Position numbers and translations under genes: made by a program. A DNA stretch of 64,000 bases, taken from assembly GCF_036321535.1 (NCBI RefSeq), contig NC_087436.1:102488001-102552000 (forward strand), given 5' to 3'. The notes under the pieces are model-generated. The model saw only the letters and a list, made by a program, of their open reading frames with translations, made no database searches and had not been told where the DNA came from. Shown one piece after another: positions 26,741-40,302 of this stretch. This DNA comes from Camelus dromedarius. Taxonomy: Eukaryota. Numbering within the stretch: the first letter of the stretch is position 1; each line of letters opens with the position of its first letter.

Positions 26741-27950
26741 GCACTGCCATGTTAATAGATCGCTGCTGATAGGAATGAAGACAGCATGGCTGGGACAATG
26801 GTGCTGCTGAGGACATAAACCAGTCTTGTTTACTTCAGGAAAGAAATGGAATATCCAAATGCTCCAAGGATATGGCTTTGCATAATGCCTCCCTGGCTAA
26901 TACAGCACTTAGGAATATATAACTTCCAGAAAACTGCATCTCCAGAAACAGAATCCCTTGGGACCACCAAGCAATTGTGAAGGCAGTATTCATCCGTTAT
27001 GCCTGGAGGAGTTGTACAGAAAGTGTCTAGGGAGTGACATACCAAAAAGTTTCCCCAGGTTCTGTGCGTTACATACTTGCTAATCCATGCTTTATAGCTG
27101 TCTTCAACTGCAGACTCACTGGGCAAGGGGCCATAAACCACACCATGTATCATTTTCCATTCAACATATATATTTTCTGGAGATGAAACGTACCAGAGAA
27201 CAATCAAGAAGTAAGGAAATCTATAACATTCATCCTTTGGAAGTACAAGATGTATCAAGGTTAAAGATTTAATAGAACAGTGAATACTTGTTGTTTTAAC
27301 TTTCAGAGAAGCACATAGCAAATAGCTAACCATTGGCAGCAAGGAAACTATTTGTGAGATAAAGGTTGGTTAAGAACATAATGCTCATCTGCTTTGTTTA
27401 ATTTGATTGGATAGAAGTTTGTCTAGAAATCTATAGTTTCACTGCATAAAAACCCTAAAAAGAAATTAGAATGTTAAATAATAAAAAAAGTTTTGAGAGC
27501 ATTTTGAAAATCGTACAGATGTTCTTAGTACATTTACTGTTAAAAGTGAAGAATGACTGTATTTTAAATATATTACTTTCAAACATCATGGAGACAACCA
27601 TCTTATAAATGTGTGACCGTAAGGGGAATACTTATGAATAAATGTACGGAATATTTGATCTAAAAAATTTTCTTTCTGACCCACAAATCAATTCTAAAGA
27701 CAGTCAAACTTGGGCCAAGGAGCCTGAGTGATCACTTTATGCTTCACGGAAGGATTGTTTGTAACAAAACCAGGGCATATTCTTTGGTCGGTGTATGGGC
27801 GTAAGTTTGAAATGGCACGAAATGTTGAAGGAAGATAACACTCTGGTGAATCACCCAATAAAATCTCTTAAAGTAATGGAAGCATTTTCACTAAATATGT
27901 GAAAAAGCTATTTGGGAAAAATAATATCGTGACCCAAAAGACTTGAACAT

Positions 27951-28460
27951 TGTAGTGGATTAAATTTGGCTGCAAATTCTCCTATTGAAGGATGGAAGAT
28001 TTTTCTATCCCTTTAAAAGTAGGAAAGTGTTACTTTTCACTCTTTGAAAGTGTGATTCCTCTGACCAATAGAGAGCACCATGGACACAATGATTCAGATC
28101 CAGGCTACTGGCAGTTTCTTTCTTAGTCTCTTGGAGTCATCACATGTGGAGTCTGGGTTCCCTGCTGGAGAGACCATGAAAAAAAAAAAAAAGATAGGAA
28201 ACTACATGGAGAAAAGAGTTGCCCATCTGAATCCTACTTTATAGTTGTTTCCTCTAGGCACTAGACCTATAAGTGAAGACATCTTAAACATCCCAGGCCA
28301 GACCAGCCACCAGCTGAATGTCACCTAGTGGCCTCGATTATGCCAAATGGAACACAAGAGATACCATCTGATCCCTGCTGACAGTCATGACCTGCAAAAT
28401 TATGAGCTATAATCAACGATAGTTGTTTTATGTCAGTAAGTTTTGAGGTACTTCTGTGCA
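27951..28460 (+). mobile_element. MLT1G/H-like MaLR LTR
   Basis: tgtagtggattaaatttggctgcaaattc..ctgctggagagacc..cagccaccagctgaatg..gttgttttatgtcagtaagttttgagg. Confidence 0.75.
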
Positions 28461-28899
28461 ATTTGCATAAATTCACTCTTCCTCCCTCTCCTCAGCTATA
28501 AAATCGACACGAATCTTGAAAGTTTGTCATGAGGCTTAATTGAATAAGTGCAGTGTAAAAGTTGAGACTGTCATCTATTGATTTTTACTGTAGGAACTGG
28601 CACTCAGGAATAAAAACTGACTTGGGGGAGCAATTTCTTGTTACTAGTCAGTGTGTGGAGACTCAGTAGTTGGTTGTCCCTCATGCAGAAAAATGACAGT
28701 GCTAAATCTCTGAGGTTGAGTGAGCACTTTAATTTTTCCCCACTTGTAGGAGTAGTTTATATTGATTCCTCTGAGTTCAATCATCGGGTCTTATTTTCTT
28801 AAAAAGCAACTGTTTCCAAAGCATTAATCAGTTGCAGGAAATCTCATACATTTTCATGAATGAATACATGACTTTGACTATATACACAAGAATACTTTA

Positions 28900-29060
28900 C
28901 ATTCATAACTTATAAATACTTTCTAAGCATGTCATTCATTGCTCATCTAATAAATCTTGTGCAGCATATAGTAAAGTGTTATTATCCCCATTTTGCAGAT
29001 GAAAATCGTAAGAGTCAGGGATGGGAGTGATTTGTGAAGATCATTATTAAATGTATGAGC
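28900..29060 (-). mobile_element. MIR fragment
   Basis: tattatccccattttgcagatgaaaa. Confidence 0.7.
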
Positions 29061-29949
29061 TGAGACGAGAACAGTTTAAGACCCCTCCTGCACATTTTGC
29101 AGTGACCCTCCTTTGTTCCAGCATAACAATTTGACTTAAATTGTGCTGTACCTTTTCAAATTGTTTTCCTCACATTTTTACATTCAGATTATTTTTTCTA
29201 GAAGATGTATATCAATCAAAAATAGGAATTTCAGCAATACAAGTTACATGTAGAAATCTCTAGCAAATACAGCATTTGGATGAATGAATTCAAAAATAAA
29301 ATTCCAAAAACAATACCCAGAGTAAAATCCAAGCAAACAATTGCCAGCCATTTTTGTACAAATGTGGTGCAAATTTCTTTGTTCTGAGAGAATAAGAACC
29401 AACCCCACTTAAAGTGCCTTAACACTGATGCTTAATGTGCAACAAGTGTCGTTTCCAGGCAACCTCTGAGGAGGTGTTTAAAACACTTCTAGCCCCAGAA
29501 TAAGTGTCCCTGCTGTGGCATCACACTCTTGAAAGGTTCCAGTGGAGTCTGTGGCTAGAATTATATATAACACACATAGAAATGTGATTCTCAGTAATGC
29601 ATGAGACTAAGCAAAGAGTCCTTTTTTGAAAATCCTAGTGTAAAATTTAAAATCAAAGTAACTTTCATTTTATCAAGCCTTTTGCAAAGTGGCACTGTCT
29701 AAATGCAAATTAATGGGCTCATAAAGAAAATGTGAAATAACGGAATGCCTAGAAAGAATATTTATCAGTCGAAAAAGTATCTCTGTAGCACCTGCAAATT
29801 TTTAATCTTAATTTTAAATTTTGTGGAAGCAGAGAATGAGGCCACATCTGTGAATACCCGCCCCTCCACCCCCCCAAAAAATCAACAAATCTGTTAATCA
29901 GATGACTGCATGATGACTGCCAAAACTAGTCGCCATGTCTAAGGATTTC

Positions 29950-30410
29950 ATGTCCGCAGGATCTGATACATAGTATTTAGTCCTCTACAGTTTATTTACA
30001 TGTCTCTATACATAATAACCTATTTGAGCTTTAGTTTTCTGTAAAATAGGGTTAAAAATAGAACCCACCTCAGAGGCTAGCAGTAACCATGAAATAAGAG
30101 AGCCTTATAAATTTGCAGCATACTGTTCAACACAAAGTGAGCTAATCTTTGCACAGGCAGAAAGGCTGTACACATTGTGTTTAAGAATACGGAGTTAAAG
30201 AGTCTGGATCAAAATCCAGGTTCAACACCTTAAGAATTATAACTACAATAAAGTTAATTACGCTCCCTCTCTGACTTATTTCCACAATCTGTAAAGTGGG
30301 GGAAATAACAGTTTTCCTCATAAGATTGTGATAAGAACTAAGCAATGTTGGAACATAGAAACATTCCTAAAGCATGGTAAAAACTTAATAAGGATAATTA
30401 ATTGTTATTT
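29950..30410 (+). mobile_element. Two adjacent MIR fragments
   Basis: gagctttagttttctgtaaaataggg..cccacctcagagg, and atctgtaaagtgggggaaataacag..cctcataagattgtg. Confidence 0.65.
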
Positions 30411-32759
30411 TAAGTGAAACAGCTATGTTTTACTCCAACCTAAAGTTACCATTTAGTTCAATTTTTACATTAAATTAAGCAATTCAGAAAAATATTACCT
30501 TGTAGAATCATGTTGGAAAAATACAATTTTTTTTTCATTTTTGTTCTCTGAGTGACATTTAACACTTTGAATGAAATTGAACATAACCTGAATTAAACAG
30601 GTATGCCAGTGTTGTACAGAATCAGTCCTGGTAACTGTAAGAGCCTCAGTGTGGTGGAGGTACCCAATTTCAAATTATATAGTAAAATGTTCCATTCTGT
30701 TCGGCTTCTCACAGGCCTAGTTCCACTTCCCTCTGTACTAAGCCTATGTAGCTGTAAGATTTATCTATAAAGTAATATTCACAATCTAAGTAACAAATTT
30801 AAACGTTAATATTGCCATTGGTTCAGTTATTATTTTGCTAAATCAAAATTATTTAAAGAACACTACTTACACACCTGAGGCTGAGACATGTACTGGGGAT
30901 TAAAATGGAGACCCAATAAAAGATATCTTTCCTTGCTTATTCGTTAATGATGCCCAAAGGGCCAAGTGCTCTCTCCTTTATGCAGGTAGTCAGTGTTGGT
31001 GCAATGCCAATTCATTTTAAATTCCCCTACTCTAAATACAAACCATTCTCTTATAATACCTGTAATTGAAGCCATAGAATCCCCTGGGCTGATTAACTTA
31101 TGTCAAATATTCATTTGTAACACACCTAGATTACACTCAGAGAGAGGATAATACGATGATCATATCAGGCACAGGTATCCTTGCAAATGTACTGCATCAA
31201 TAGTCATGAGATCTCCATGCAGCATAGTTCCCAGTGGATAGCAGATGCTCACAAGATATATTGGTAATGGGTAAATGAGTGAATGCTTCCAACAAGAGCA
31301 GCAACAACAATTCCAACAGTTTTCTATTCGGTGATTATACTACACACGTTTTATTCCTATGCCTTACATCAGCCTTGATAATTAAATATTACCTCAATTT
31401 TACATAAAATTAAGGTGAGGGCCAGAAAAATTGAGAACATGAAAAATAACTCATAATAATAAGAAATCAATTGTTTCTTTTTGAAGTTAAGGAAAAATCA
31501 GCATAGTGGACTTCAAGGACATTCTGTTAAGATGCATGCTTTGAATCCACAGCTATGAGTCAGATAATAGGCAAGATGAAAATCGAAAGTTGGGTAGTCT
31601 ATTACAGATACCCCTATACCAACGTGAGGGATCCTCATTCCAGGACCCTAGACAGCAGGAGGCTTAGACAGCACTAGGGTTGACCAGCTAACTGATTCTA
31701 CTTCCTCTCCCTAAGAGGATATGAACTCATTGATGCCAAGTTCTATTTAGATATCAAAAGAGCTGAATGTCTGTAAGAAGGAAAAAAGAAAAGAACAGGC
31801 ACAGAGAAGTTATCTGTTTCTGACCTCCCACAGTATATTGCACTTTGAGTGTCAACCAGAGCTGCATGTCTGGAAGCTAACTCTCTTCTTGCTGCAAAAT
31901 TTTTTACTTTGTTTTGTTTTGTTTTGTTTTTAGGGCTAAACAAATCATAATCTTACAGGGAAGATCTGCATGGTCTCCTGTAACAATAAGCAGCCCACCT
32001 GGAATATTCATCCAACTGTGTGAAATGTTAGGCAGTATTCATACGAGTTTTGCAGAATTCATGGACCTGATGGAATTCAATGTAAAAAGGGTCATGTATT
32101 TTCTTTTAAGTATTTTTGTAAGGAAAATATTCTCATCTTAATCAGAAGCTCAAAGGATTTTGTAACCCAAATGTAGTCTCTTGGGAGACACGCAGTGATA
32201 AATGCCTTTATGTGTGGTGTGTGATAGAAGCACCAATAGGTTGCCATGGAATTTGAGATTACAGCCAACTGGTTCAGACATAGATTTCACAGGACAATTC
32301 TAGCAAAAAATGATACTTAAAATTACCTTTAAATGATGAGTGGGAGTTAACTGGTTGCTTTAAGTTGTCAAGAACACTTTTAGTGAGAGAAACAGTAAGT
32401 CAGGAGACAATTGCAGAAGAGCCCGATTCTTCATCTAAACGGCAAGTTGTTCAGTATAGTCAGAATTAAGGGTGAAAAGAGAATCACGGTGAAAATAAAA
32501 ACCCATTTCCTAGTTTACCCATTAAATTACCCTAGCTCAAGTTCTTTTTAAGCACGTTTAAGCAGCACAATCCCTTGTTCTCTGACAATCCGCCTATGGC
32601 TTAAGACATTAAAAATCAATAATAAAATCCAGTTGGAGAGGGGAATCAAGAAGACACTCATTTTGCATTTGGGGAAACATGTTAAGTTTGGGGAAGAATT
32701 TCATCATTCAAAGAAAAATAATAAGAAAATAAAAATAAATGTTGAGGTTATAACGGGTT

Positions 32760-33530
32760 CTTCAAGCCAAAGATAGAAAGTCAAGCTCTCAAAAGAAAGC
32801 AATTAAAAACAAAACTTTTGGAAAAAGATGTGTTACCAAACACAGAAGTAAAATATAGAGAGTTTCTGATTTGTGCTCCTGGTAAAATGAAAGAAAACAT
32901 GAAATCTATGAAACAAAAGATTGCAGACAAGATGACAAGACCAAAGATTTCATTGAAATTCTATCATTGGAAAAGAGGTTAAAAAATACATGAAATAAGG
33001 AAATGACTTAATAAAAGTGAAAACACATTACAAATAATTTTAAATGTTTTGTTAAGTCGTTAGTAATGAAGTCAATTATGTAAAAACTCAAACCAGTGAT
33101 ACAGAGAACAAACCTACATTCATAGTTGAGAATTCATGATGGGAAGTTTAAGGGATAATGATCATCAGAAAGAAGAAGAGGATGAACCCTGGATGTGTTA
33201 GGGTTAGGACTAGAATAAGAATTGGATTTACCCAGTGCAAGCGTTAGGATAGTGTTAGGTTTGGAGCCACATTATTAGATCATTGAAGTTATTTGAAGAG
33301 TCAAGAATAAATGGGAGGAATAAAAATATTCTAATTATTATAGAGAAAATATTTTCTGAAATAAAGAAATCATTGACTCTACAGACAAAAATATCCCTTG
33401 ATTTGCGTGACTAATTAAGTAAAGGGAACAAAGCCACATTGGAAATATGCTAATGGAATGCTTGACTTTTAAGGAAAATAAAAGAAAAACAAACATTCAA
33501 TCAACACACAGGCAGAAGAAAAGAGTTTAT
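32760..33530 (+). mobile_element. Very old L1/HAL1 ORF1-like remnant
   Basis: A-rich text with atagagaaaatattttctgaaataaagaaa (ENFPE-like motif); highly decayed. Confidence 0.4.
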
Positions 33531-33761
33531 CAAAATTAAAAATAAAACAAATCACTAAGCTCTGTGCTATGATTTTTGCATATGATCAATTAATTTTCAC
33601 ATAATTCTGAAATTTGTGAAAAACTTCCCGATTTGTTTTCTGAAATAAACATAATCCTGACATCAAAAGTGGTTAACAATAAATGCTTTGTAAAGAACTT
33701 GACTGAATTCAATCTGTCTTCATTCCTTATTCTGTTGTAACACTGGGAAATATTACAAATG

Positions 33762-34153
33762 CATGTCATCTCAGGCTACTGTAAAAAATAATAAAAATTG
33801 AAAAAAAAAAAAAAACATAGACTAGGTGGCTTAAACAAGAGAGATTTATTTCCTCACAGTTCTGGAGGCTGGAAGTCTGAGATCAGGAAGCCAGCAAAAT
33901 AGGGTTCTGGTGAGATCTCTCTGCCTCACTTGCACATGGCTACCTTCTCACTGTGTCTTCGTATAGTGCACAGAGAGTGCTCTCTGATGTCTCTTACACT
34001 TCTTATAATAACACTAATTCCATCTAGAGTGCCTCAACTTCATGACCTCATCTAAACCCAATTAACTCCCAACGGCCCCATCTCCTAATACCACAACTCT
34101 GGGTGTTACAGCTTCAACATGAATTTTTCAAGGACACATTTCAGTCCGTTGCA
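33762..34153 (-). mobile_element. MLT1A0-like MaLR LTR nested in a MIR
   Basis: ctcacagttctggaggctggaagtctgagatcagg..catgacctcatctaaaccc..gcttcaacatgaattt; the MIR core resumes at ~34155. Confidence 0.88.
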
Positions 34154-35039
34154 CTCACCTTCCTCATATATAAAAATGAAATATTAATAGAGCATCTTTA
34201 GAGGTTTGCTGTGAAGAGCAAATGAGAAAACAGGTGTAAGGGAGTTAGAGGAGATGCTAGTACATGGTCAATGTTAAATGAGTTCTGGCTAATATTGTTA
34301 ATTATCTCTGACCATGATCACTTACAAGACATAAAAAAAATGTTTAACAAAATACAAACAATTCAAACCTAGCAGTTATGAAAATAGATGATCAAAAAAT
34401 CATTTCTTGAATTCAGGGCTTTTTATCATTATTTTATGAAACAATATAATTCATCATATTACTATCTTCATATACACTATCCACATTATCACATTAGGGG
34501 ATAACAGAAATAGAACTAAAAGGAATTTAAAATATTACTTAGAAAGCAAGGATACTAAAGAACAAAGTCTAAACAATGTGCATCATTCTGAAAGCTTTGA
34601 GGCATTCTGATAAAAATGCAGGAAAAAGATAAATACGTTACCACTAGCTAGTAGGATTTAATTCCTCTCAAAAGTGTCAAGCTCTGAAATAATAAAATGC
34701 TACTATATTCATTCTCTTAAAGAAAAGCATGTCTGCTTCTTTATAATCATTAATATAGTTGAAAAATTATTACTGTGTTCAAATAAATTGATCATCATCC
34801 TGAGAATCAAACTAATTTTTACAAACACTTAGGAATAATTAAATATACTATTATTAATGAAAAGTTTAAAAAATAAGATAATTATTCAGTAAGTGATACA
34901 AAAATTTAAAAATTCACTGACCTTTACATATATGCCTAATCAGTTAAACTTTTTTCATCTTATTATATGAACTCGATGTTTTCTAATCCTAAAATGTCAT
35001 CTATTTAAAAGCAGAGGAAGAGGTCACAAGCCACCTTTT

Positions 35040-35250
35040 TTTTTCCATGCTGTAACAAATTATCCACAAAATTAGTGGAATAAAACAAACCTAATATAAT
35101 ATCTTACAGTTGTGCAGTTCAGAAATCTGGGGTGAGTCTCACTGACCTAAAATCAGGGTGTCAGTAGGGCCATGCTCATTTTTGGAAGCTTCTATAGGCA
35201 AATGGTATCCTTGCCTTTTCTATGTTCTAGAAGATCTCTGAAGTCTTTGG
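35040..35250 (-). mobile_element. MLT1C/D-like fragment
   Basis: tgctgtaacaaattatccacaaa..tcttacagtt..aaaatcagggtgtcagtagggc. Confidence 0.7.
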
Positions 35251-38200
35251 ATGAATGTGGGATTCAATACAATCCTCCACTTAACAGTTTTTATACAAAC
35301 TCCTTGAATAATATCATAAAGTATTCTACTTCATGAACGCTGTACATTTTATTCTATTTTTAAAGAAGGTTTATAATTAATTATCATTCCTGGTTATTTT
35401 CTTAAAAACTATTTTTTGAAAGAAAGGACAATTTATAAATATGATTTCAGGTATTCTAAAAATTACGTTTTTCATCTCCACAGGGCTTATAGTCCCTCTG
35501 TTTTCAATCTCACCTTGTTTAAGAACCCCAAGACTGAAATATTTTGCTGGAATATCTCTGGAAGTAACTCTAGGATCTCACAGGTGAGTCAACTTTGCTT
35601 AACAGTATTGCAAGTATGGAAGGCCGTAAACAGCTGTCTCTGTAGTACACTCTTTTCCAGCTTCTCTCAGAAACTCTAGGTACTGCTGCTGTTAATTTAT
35701 TTAGTTCCCCATGAGAAAGATTATGCTGACTATGTTGCTAACAATCTTTAGAAATAACCACCTGCCACCACATTGCAGTGGAATTAGAAATGGCAGCGGG
35801 GGAGAGTGGTATACCTGTTGTCTCAACAAGACGTGCACCACAGCATACAACCTCCTCCTTACAGTCAATAAGACCCAGAGATTACTGCCCTTTAGAGAAT
35901 CTCAAGTTTGATGGACAATATTCTGTATGAGAAAAAAGAATTGGGAATAGAAAAGAAATTGTTCATTTGTTACAGTGGTGTTACCTTTAATACCTTAACC
36001 GTTACAAAAGCACTCAGGATTTTGACAATATTTTGGTTCAAAGATTCAATGAGATATGTAGCAAATAGTGTGGATATAATACTTTGCCTCCAGGAAAACA
36101 TTGTCAATTTTATATGAATATGAAAATCAAGTGGAACAGAGCATTTACTTTTTTCTCTGATTGAAATACAGGTCGTCATATCAAGGGAAATGACTGTCCA
36201 AAACAATGGGATTTTTTTTTTGTCATTTTATTTTCAGTTCCATTTACTGGCTTTCAAAGTTGTAACACAAAAACATTTTGCATAAAAAAGTCTCAATTAT
36301 TTGAGTAATAAACATGTAAAATGGCATACTGTTTAATCTTATCAGACTGATTTGAATAAAAGCAAGTATAGAAATGCTACTCTTGGTATCTGGATATCTC
36401 GCATTAAAACAAATAGCTAATATATCTTTAAAATAGTAAAAACAACTAGATATTTTAAGGGACCAGAGAAAAGATAGTCTCTCAACGATGCTAATATGAG
36501 CCACGCAGTTTATGAAGCTGAAAAGGCAATAATTTTGACACCTAAATAACTGACTTCTGTAAAACATCAGGTATTCTCTATTTTTAAATCAAACCATGCA
36601 TGTTTCATGGATACACTTAATAATAAAGTGAGGCTAAAGAAGGTGGAAAAAGTACTTTGTAAGTGAGCAATGTATTTCAAAGGAAGTGTTCTGTATTGTT
36701 TAGTATTTTTAATAAATGAAGTGAGAGGAAATAAAATTCTTATTTGCAGAACATTTTAATTTTATTTTGTTCACACATTTTTATTAACGATACATGTTAA
36801 GCACTTTTGGCCTTCTATTTTACATTTCAAAGATATTTATAACAAACAAAGCATAATAAAAGAGTTTCTCCGATCTGGTAAAATCTTTTATTTCACTGTT
36901 AGACTTCAGAATAGTTAAAAACAGAATAAAGAGAGGAACTTGCTGCTATTCACAAAAGCAACCAATATCAATTCGATTATACAGTATCTCTCTAATATAT
37001 CTATGTATTTCCAGCACACTTTTCATTATATTTTATCATAAACTCTTGACTCCTTTCATTCATCTCTATTTAGAACTATTCTCTTGCACTCTGTAGGAGT
37101 TAAATTTATAAAGCAAAAACATTTTTTTTAAACAAAAAAGTAATAGTCTCACTTCTCTCCACCAAAATCCTCAGTTATAGCTATCTTCAAAGCCAGAAGT
37201 TCACATACTAATTTTTTGGGGGAAGCCATCTACAGCTGCAAACCACTCTTCAGAAGGACAGTGTGTAGGGTCCAGCCTACTTTCACATTACTGAGGTCTC
37301 TGAGTGTCTCATTTTTCTAAACTGAAATGGCAGGACCATCTCCTAGTGTCAAAAGGCCAGAAAAGAGTAGAATTTTGACTTTTCTCTGAGTCCCTCTCTT
37401 TTTATGTTGTTAGCTAATTGCTTTGACCTATGAACTTGAGCTTTTAAATTTATGGGCTTTGTTGGCAAAATAGAAAAACAGAAGAGGTAATCTCAAAGTA
37501 AGAAGTGCCTGGAGGTGAGTGGTAGATAAGAAAACTGACAATTTTTCTTTTTATCAAAAGAGGTCCAGGCGGGAGAGCAAACAGAAGATGTGGTTTCTAG
37601 GTCAAAAATTTTATATGTTTTATACTAGGTAAGACATACTGGAATTTAGATAAAACAAAACAAAAAGAAACCATGTAACTTCTGAAATTGTCTAATTTGT
37701 AGAAGGCTACTGGTACTTTTGGTAACTGGAAGAAATTTCACTCAATAATTATGTATTACATGCCTAATTAATTTGCATTTTTCTGTTTGCATGCAGGGTT
37801 AAGGATTTTTGTTCTTATGTATTTGTGTTCATTAAAATGCTTCATGCCTATTAAAATTTTAAAGAATAGTCTTTTGATTTGTTCTTTGGCCATGAACATT
37901 TATTAAAGGAGAAAACATTTTTTCTGTGATTTATTATTAATTACAGTGTAATTATCAAAAGCTGAATAATTTTGAGAGAAGGAAAATATAAATGTGTGTA
38001 TGGGGGGGGCGTGTTTCACTAAGTAAATGTATTGTAGATGTCTTCCTTTGCTAGTTACCAAATAAACTGTATTATTTTTTCAGAAGATCTGTAAGTATAG
38101 TTTTAAGCTTTGTATTCCGAGATGCTTATTGACACACAAAACAAAAGAGTGTGAATTTCACCAGTGTACCTATTTTTAAGTGATCGATGAAAATATGCTG

Positions 38201-39144
38201 TGAAATTTCTATTCCTTATGACACAAAGTTTCAGGGGGCAGTCCTGGTAGCTACCCCAAATTAACATTTGTCTCCTCCAGAGACTCGTTAAAAAGTGGCA
38301 CAAAGAAAAAAGAATATCTGTAACAATGAATTAAGGAATACTATTTGCAGCGGTAAAAATTTCATATAGTTTTAGGAAATACATATTGGTATGATTCTCA
38401 TGCATGAGAGCAATTTCTTGTCAAGTATAAATTGCAAGGCTTCTGCAAGCCTACAGGGGGTTTACATGTGTAGCATCTTTTCAGCACAACAATGTGTTTG
38501 ACTCAACAAAAACAATGTCTTTAAAAGGGACATATAGAAAAGTAGCTACAAGCTTTAATGGTTTTCTGCAATAAAATGCCAATTAAGCTTTGAAACTGAT
38601 ACCTTATGTGGAACCTTTTTATATAGCTCTCCCAGTCCTCTGGATATGGTAGGCTTTGGTAATGTTGATATGACATAAAATTTATCACTTCCATCTGGCT
38701 TTTCTCAACCGAATTTCTCATATGAATCACAGAAAAGATAATGCGTAGAGTGACTATTTTATTGATATTCTCAAGGTTGATTCATAACTATTATACTAGA
38801 TGTATAGGAGAGAAGTTAATTTGTTATGCCAATGGGCGTTTTAGGATACTAAGGCTTAATTTTCTCAAGAAACAGCAGTTGAGAAAGCTTGAGAGTTTTA
38901 CTCTTAAAAGGACATACCATTAATCCTTTTGCCCTTTTGATATAAACTAAAAATGATACAGGCAGTACTGTAGATGTGCAGAAATATGGCTGTGGCCAAT
39001 GAGAAGGAAGGATCTACTGTCATTCTATAACATTTGAAATATGTGTCATCTATCTTTCAATGTCAAATCTATTAAATCTTTCACCAAAAACTGCCATTGC
39101 TAAACTGGACTAGTATTGTAATTGGTATAATTGCTGATCTGCTA

Positions 39145-39355
39145 TTTTTCTTTTACAATTTTTAAACTAAATTAATATTGTTGTACAATATCATAAATTA
39201 CAGGTGTATAATATAGTGATTCACAATTATTAAATGTTATACTCCATTTATAGTTATTATTTTTAAAAAGCTGGCTCTATTCCCCATGTTGTAAAATATA
39301 TCCTTGTAGCTTATTTTTTACCTAATAGTTTGTGTCTCTTATCCCCCTACTTCTA
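39145..39355 (-). mobile_element. L1 3'UTR end (L1_Art-like)
   Basis: T-rich start, caggtgtataatatagtgattcacaa..tattccccatgttgtaaaatatatccttgtagc. Confidence 0.75.
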
Positions 39356-39807
39356 CAGTGCCCTTAAATGGGAGTCAAAGTTTGACAAACGTTTTCAATT
39401 CCGCGTGTTTTTTTTTTCCCTTTTGTCAGCCTCTAACAAAATCAATTCATTTGTTCACTCCAACAAATATTTACTAAACACACGTGGCTTGACAGGCACT
39501 GTTCTAGGCATTGAAGATTTAAGAAATAAAATAAACCTCTGTTAATCTTCAAAGGACAGAGTAGGAGTGAGGACTGGAGATCGAGAAACTGATAGAACAA
39601 AATGTAAGATTTCAAGAGTAGAAGCAAGGAATAGAAGCAAGAAGCTAGAGAATTGTGTTGAGATACTGGCGGACCAATTGTGGCTTTGACCAGCCATTAA
39701 GGTCAAGATAAACAATCAGAAGTTAGATATATTACGAAGATGAAATCAACAGAAATTCCTGATAAACTGGAAGTGGGCTGTGAAAGAATGAGAGAGGTCA
39801 AATAAAC

Positions 39808-40302
39808 TGCCATCTAAAGAATATCGCTTCCCATCCGGTTCTACAAGAAAGAAGCCACTAGCCACTGCAGACACTGACCTTCAAAACACCCTGAAAGGAG
39901 TTCAGGGTAGAGATCAGGAATGAGGCACTCTGTGCTGTGGGAAAAAGTGGCAGAATAGGTCTTCAGATAGTTAGATATTTTCAGAAGAGGATTTTTGTGA
40001 GCCCAATGTCTTGCATCTTCTCATATCTGGAAAAGCACTAAAATCACTAACAGAGACATCTGCTCTTTGTGACTGACAACAACTAGCCCCCATGCCCGGC
40101 CTCTGCCAAAATGTGTGCTTCATTGCACTTGTCCCCCCCACCCCTTTACTCAAATCATATCTATACGGTCCTCTCCCCACCCTGTGGAGAAGTTCCTCAG
40201 AGTTACCTAAGAGGCTGTCTCCTGGGCTATACTCCTCATTTTGCTCCAAATAGAACTTAACTCACAACTCTCACATTATATATTTTTTGTTTTTCATTGA
40301 CA
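39808..40302 (+). mobile_element. Complete ERV1-class solo LTR (cetartiodactyl MER41-like) with 4-bp TSD
   Basis: TG...CA termini with aaac duplicated at 39804-39807 and 40303-40306; interrupts L2-like sequence. The family name is from recalled similarity. Confidence 0.75.

Noticed and set aside
16821..29710. Several ATGCAAAT octamer motifs
   Set aside because: A handful is expected by chance in AT-rich DNA of this length, and they are not clustered.
38521..38730. 69-aa minus-strand ORF with a donor-like AAG|gtatca
   Set aside because: Weak donor, no clear acceptor and no recognisable protein.
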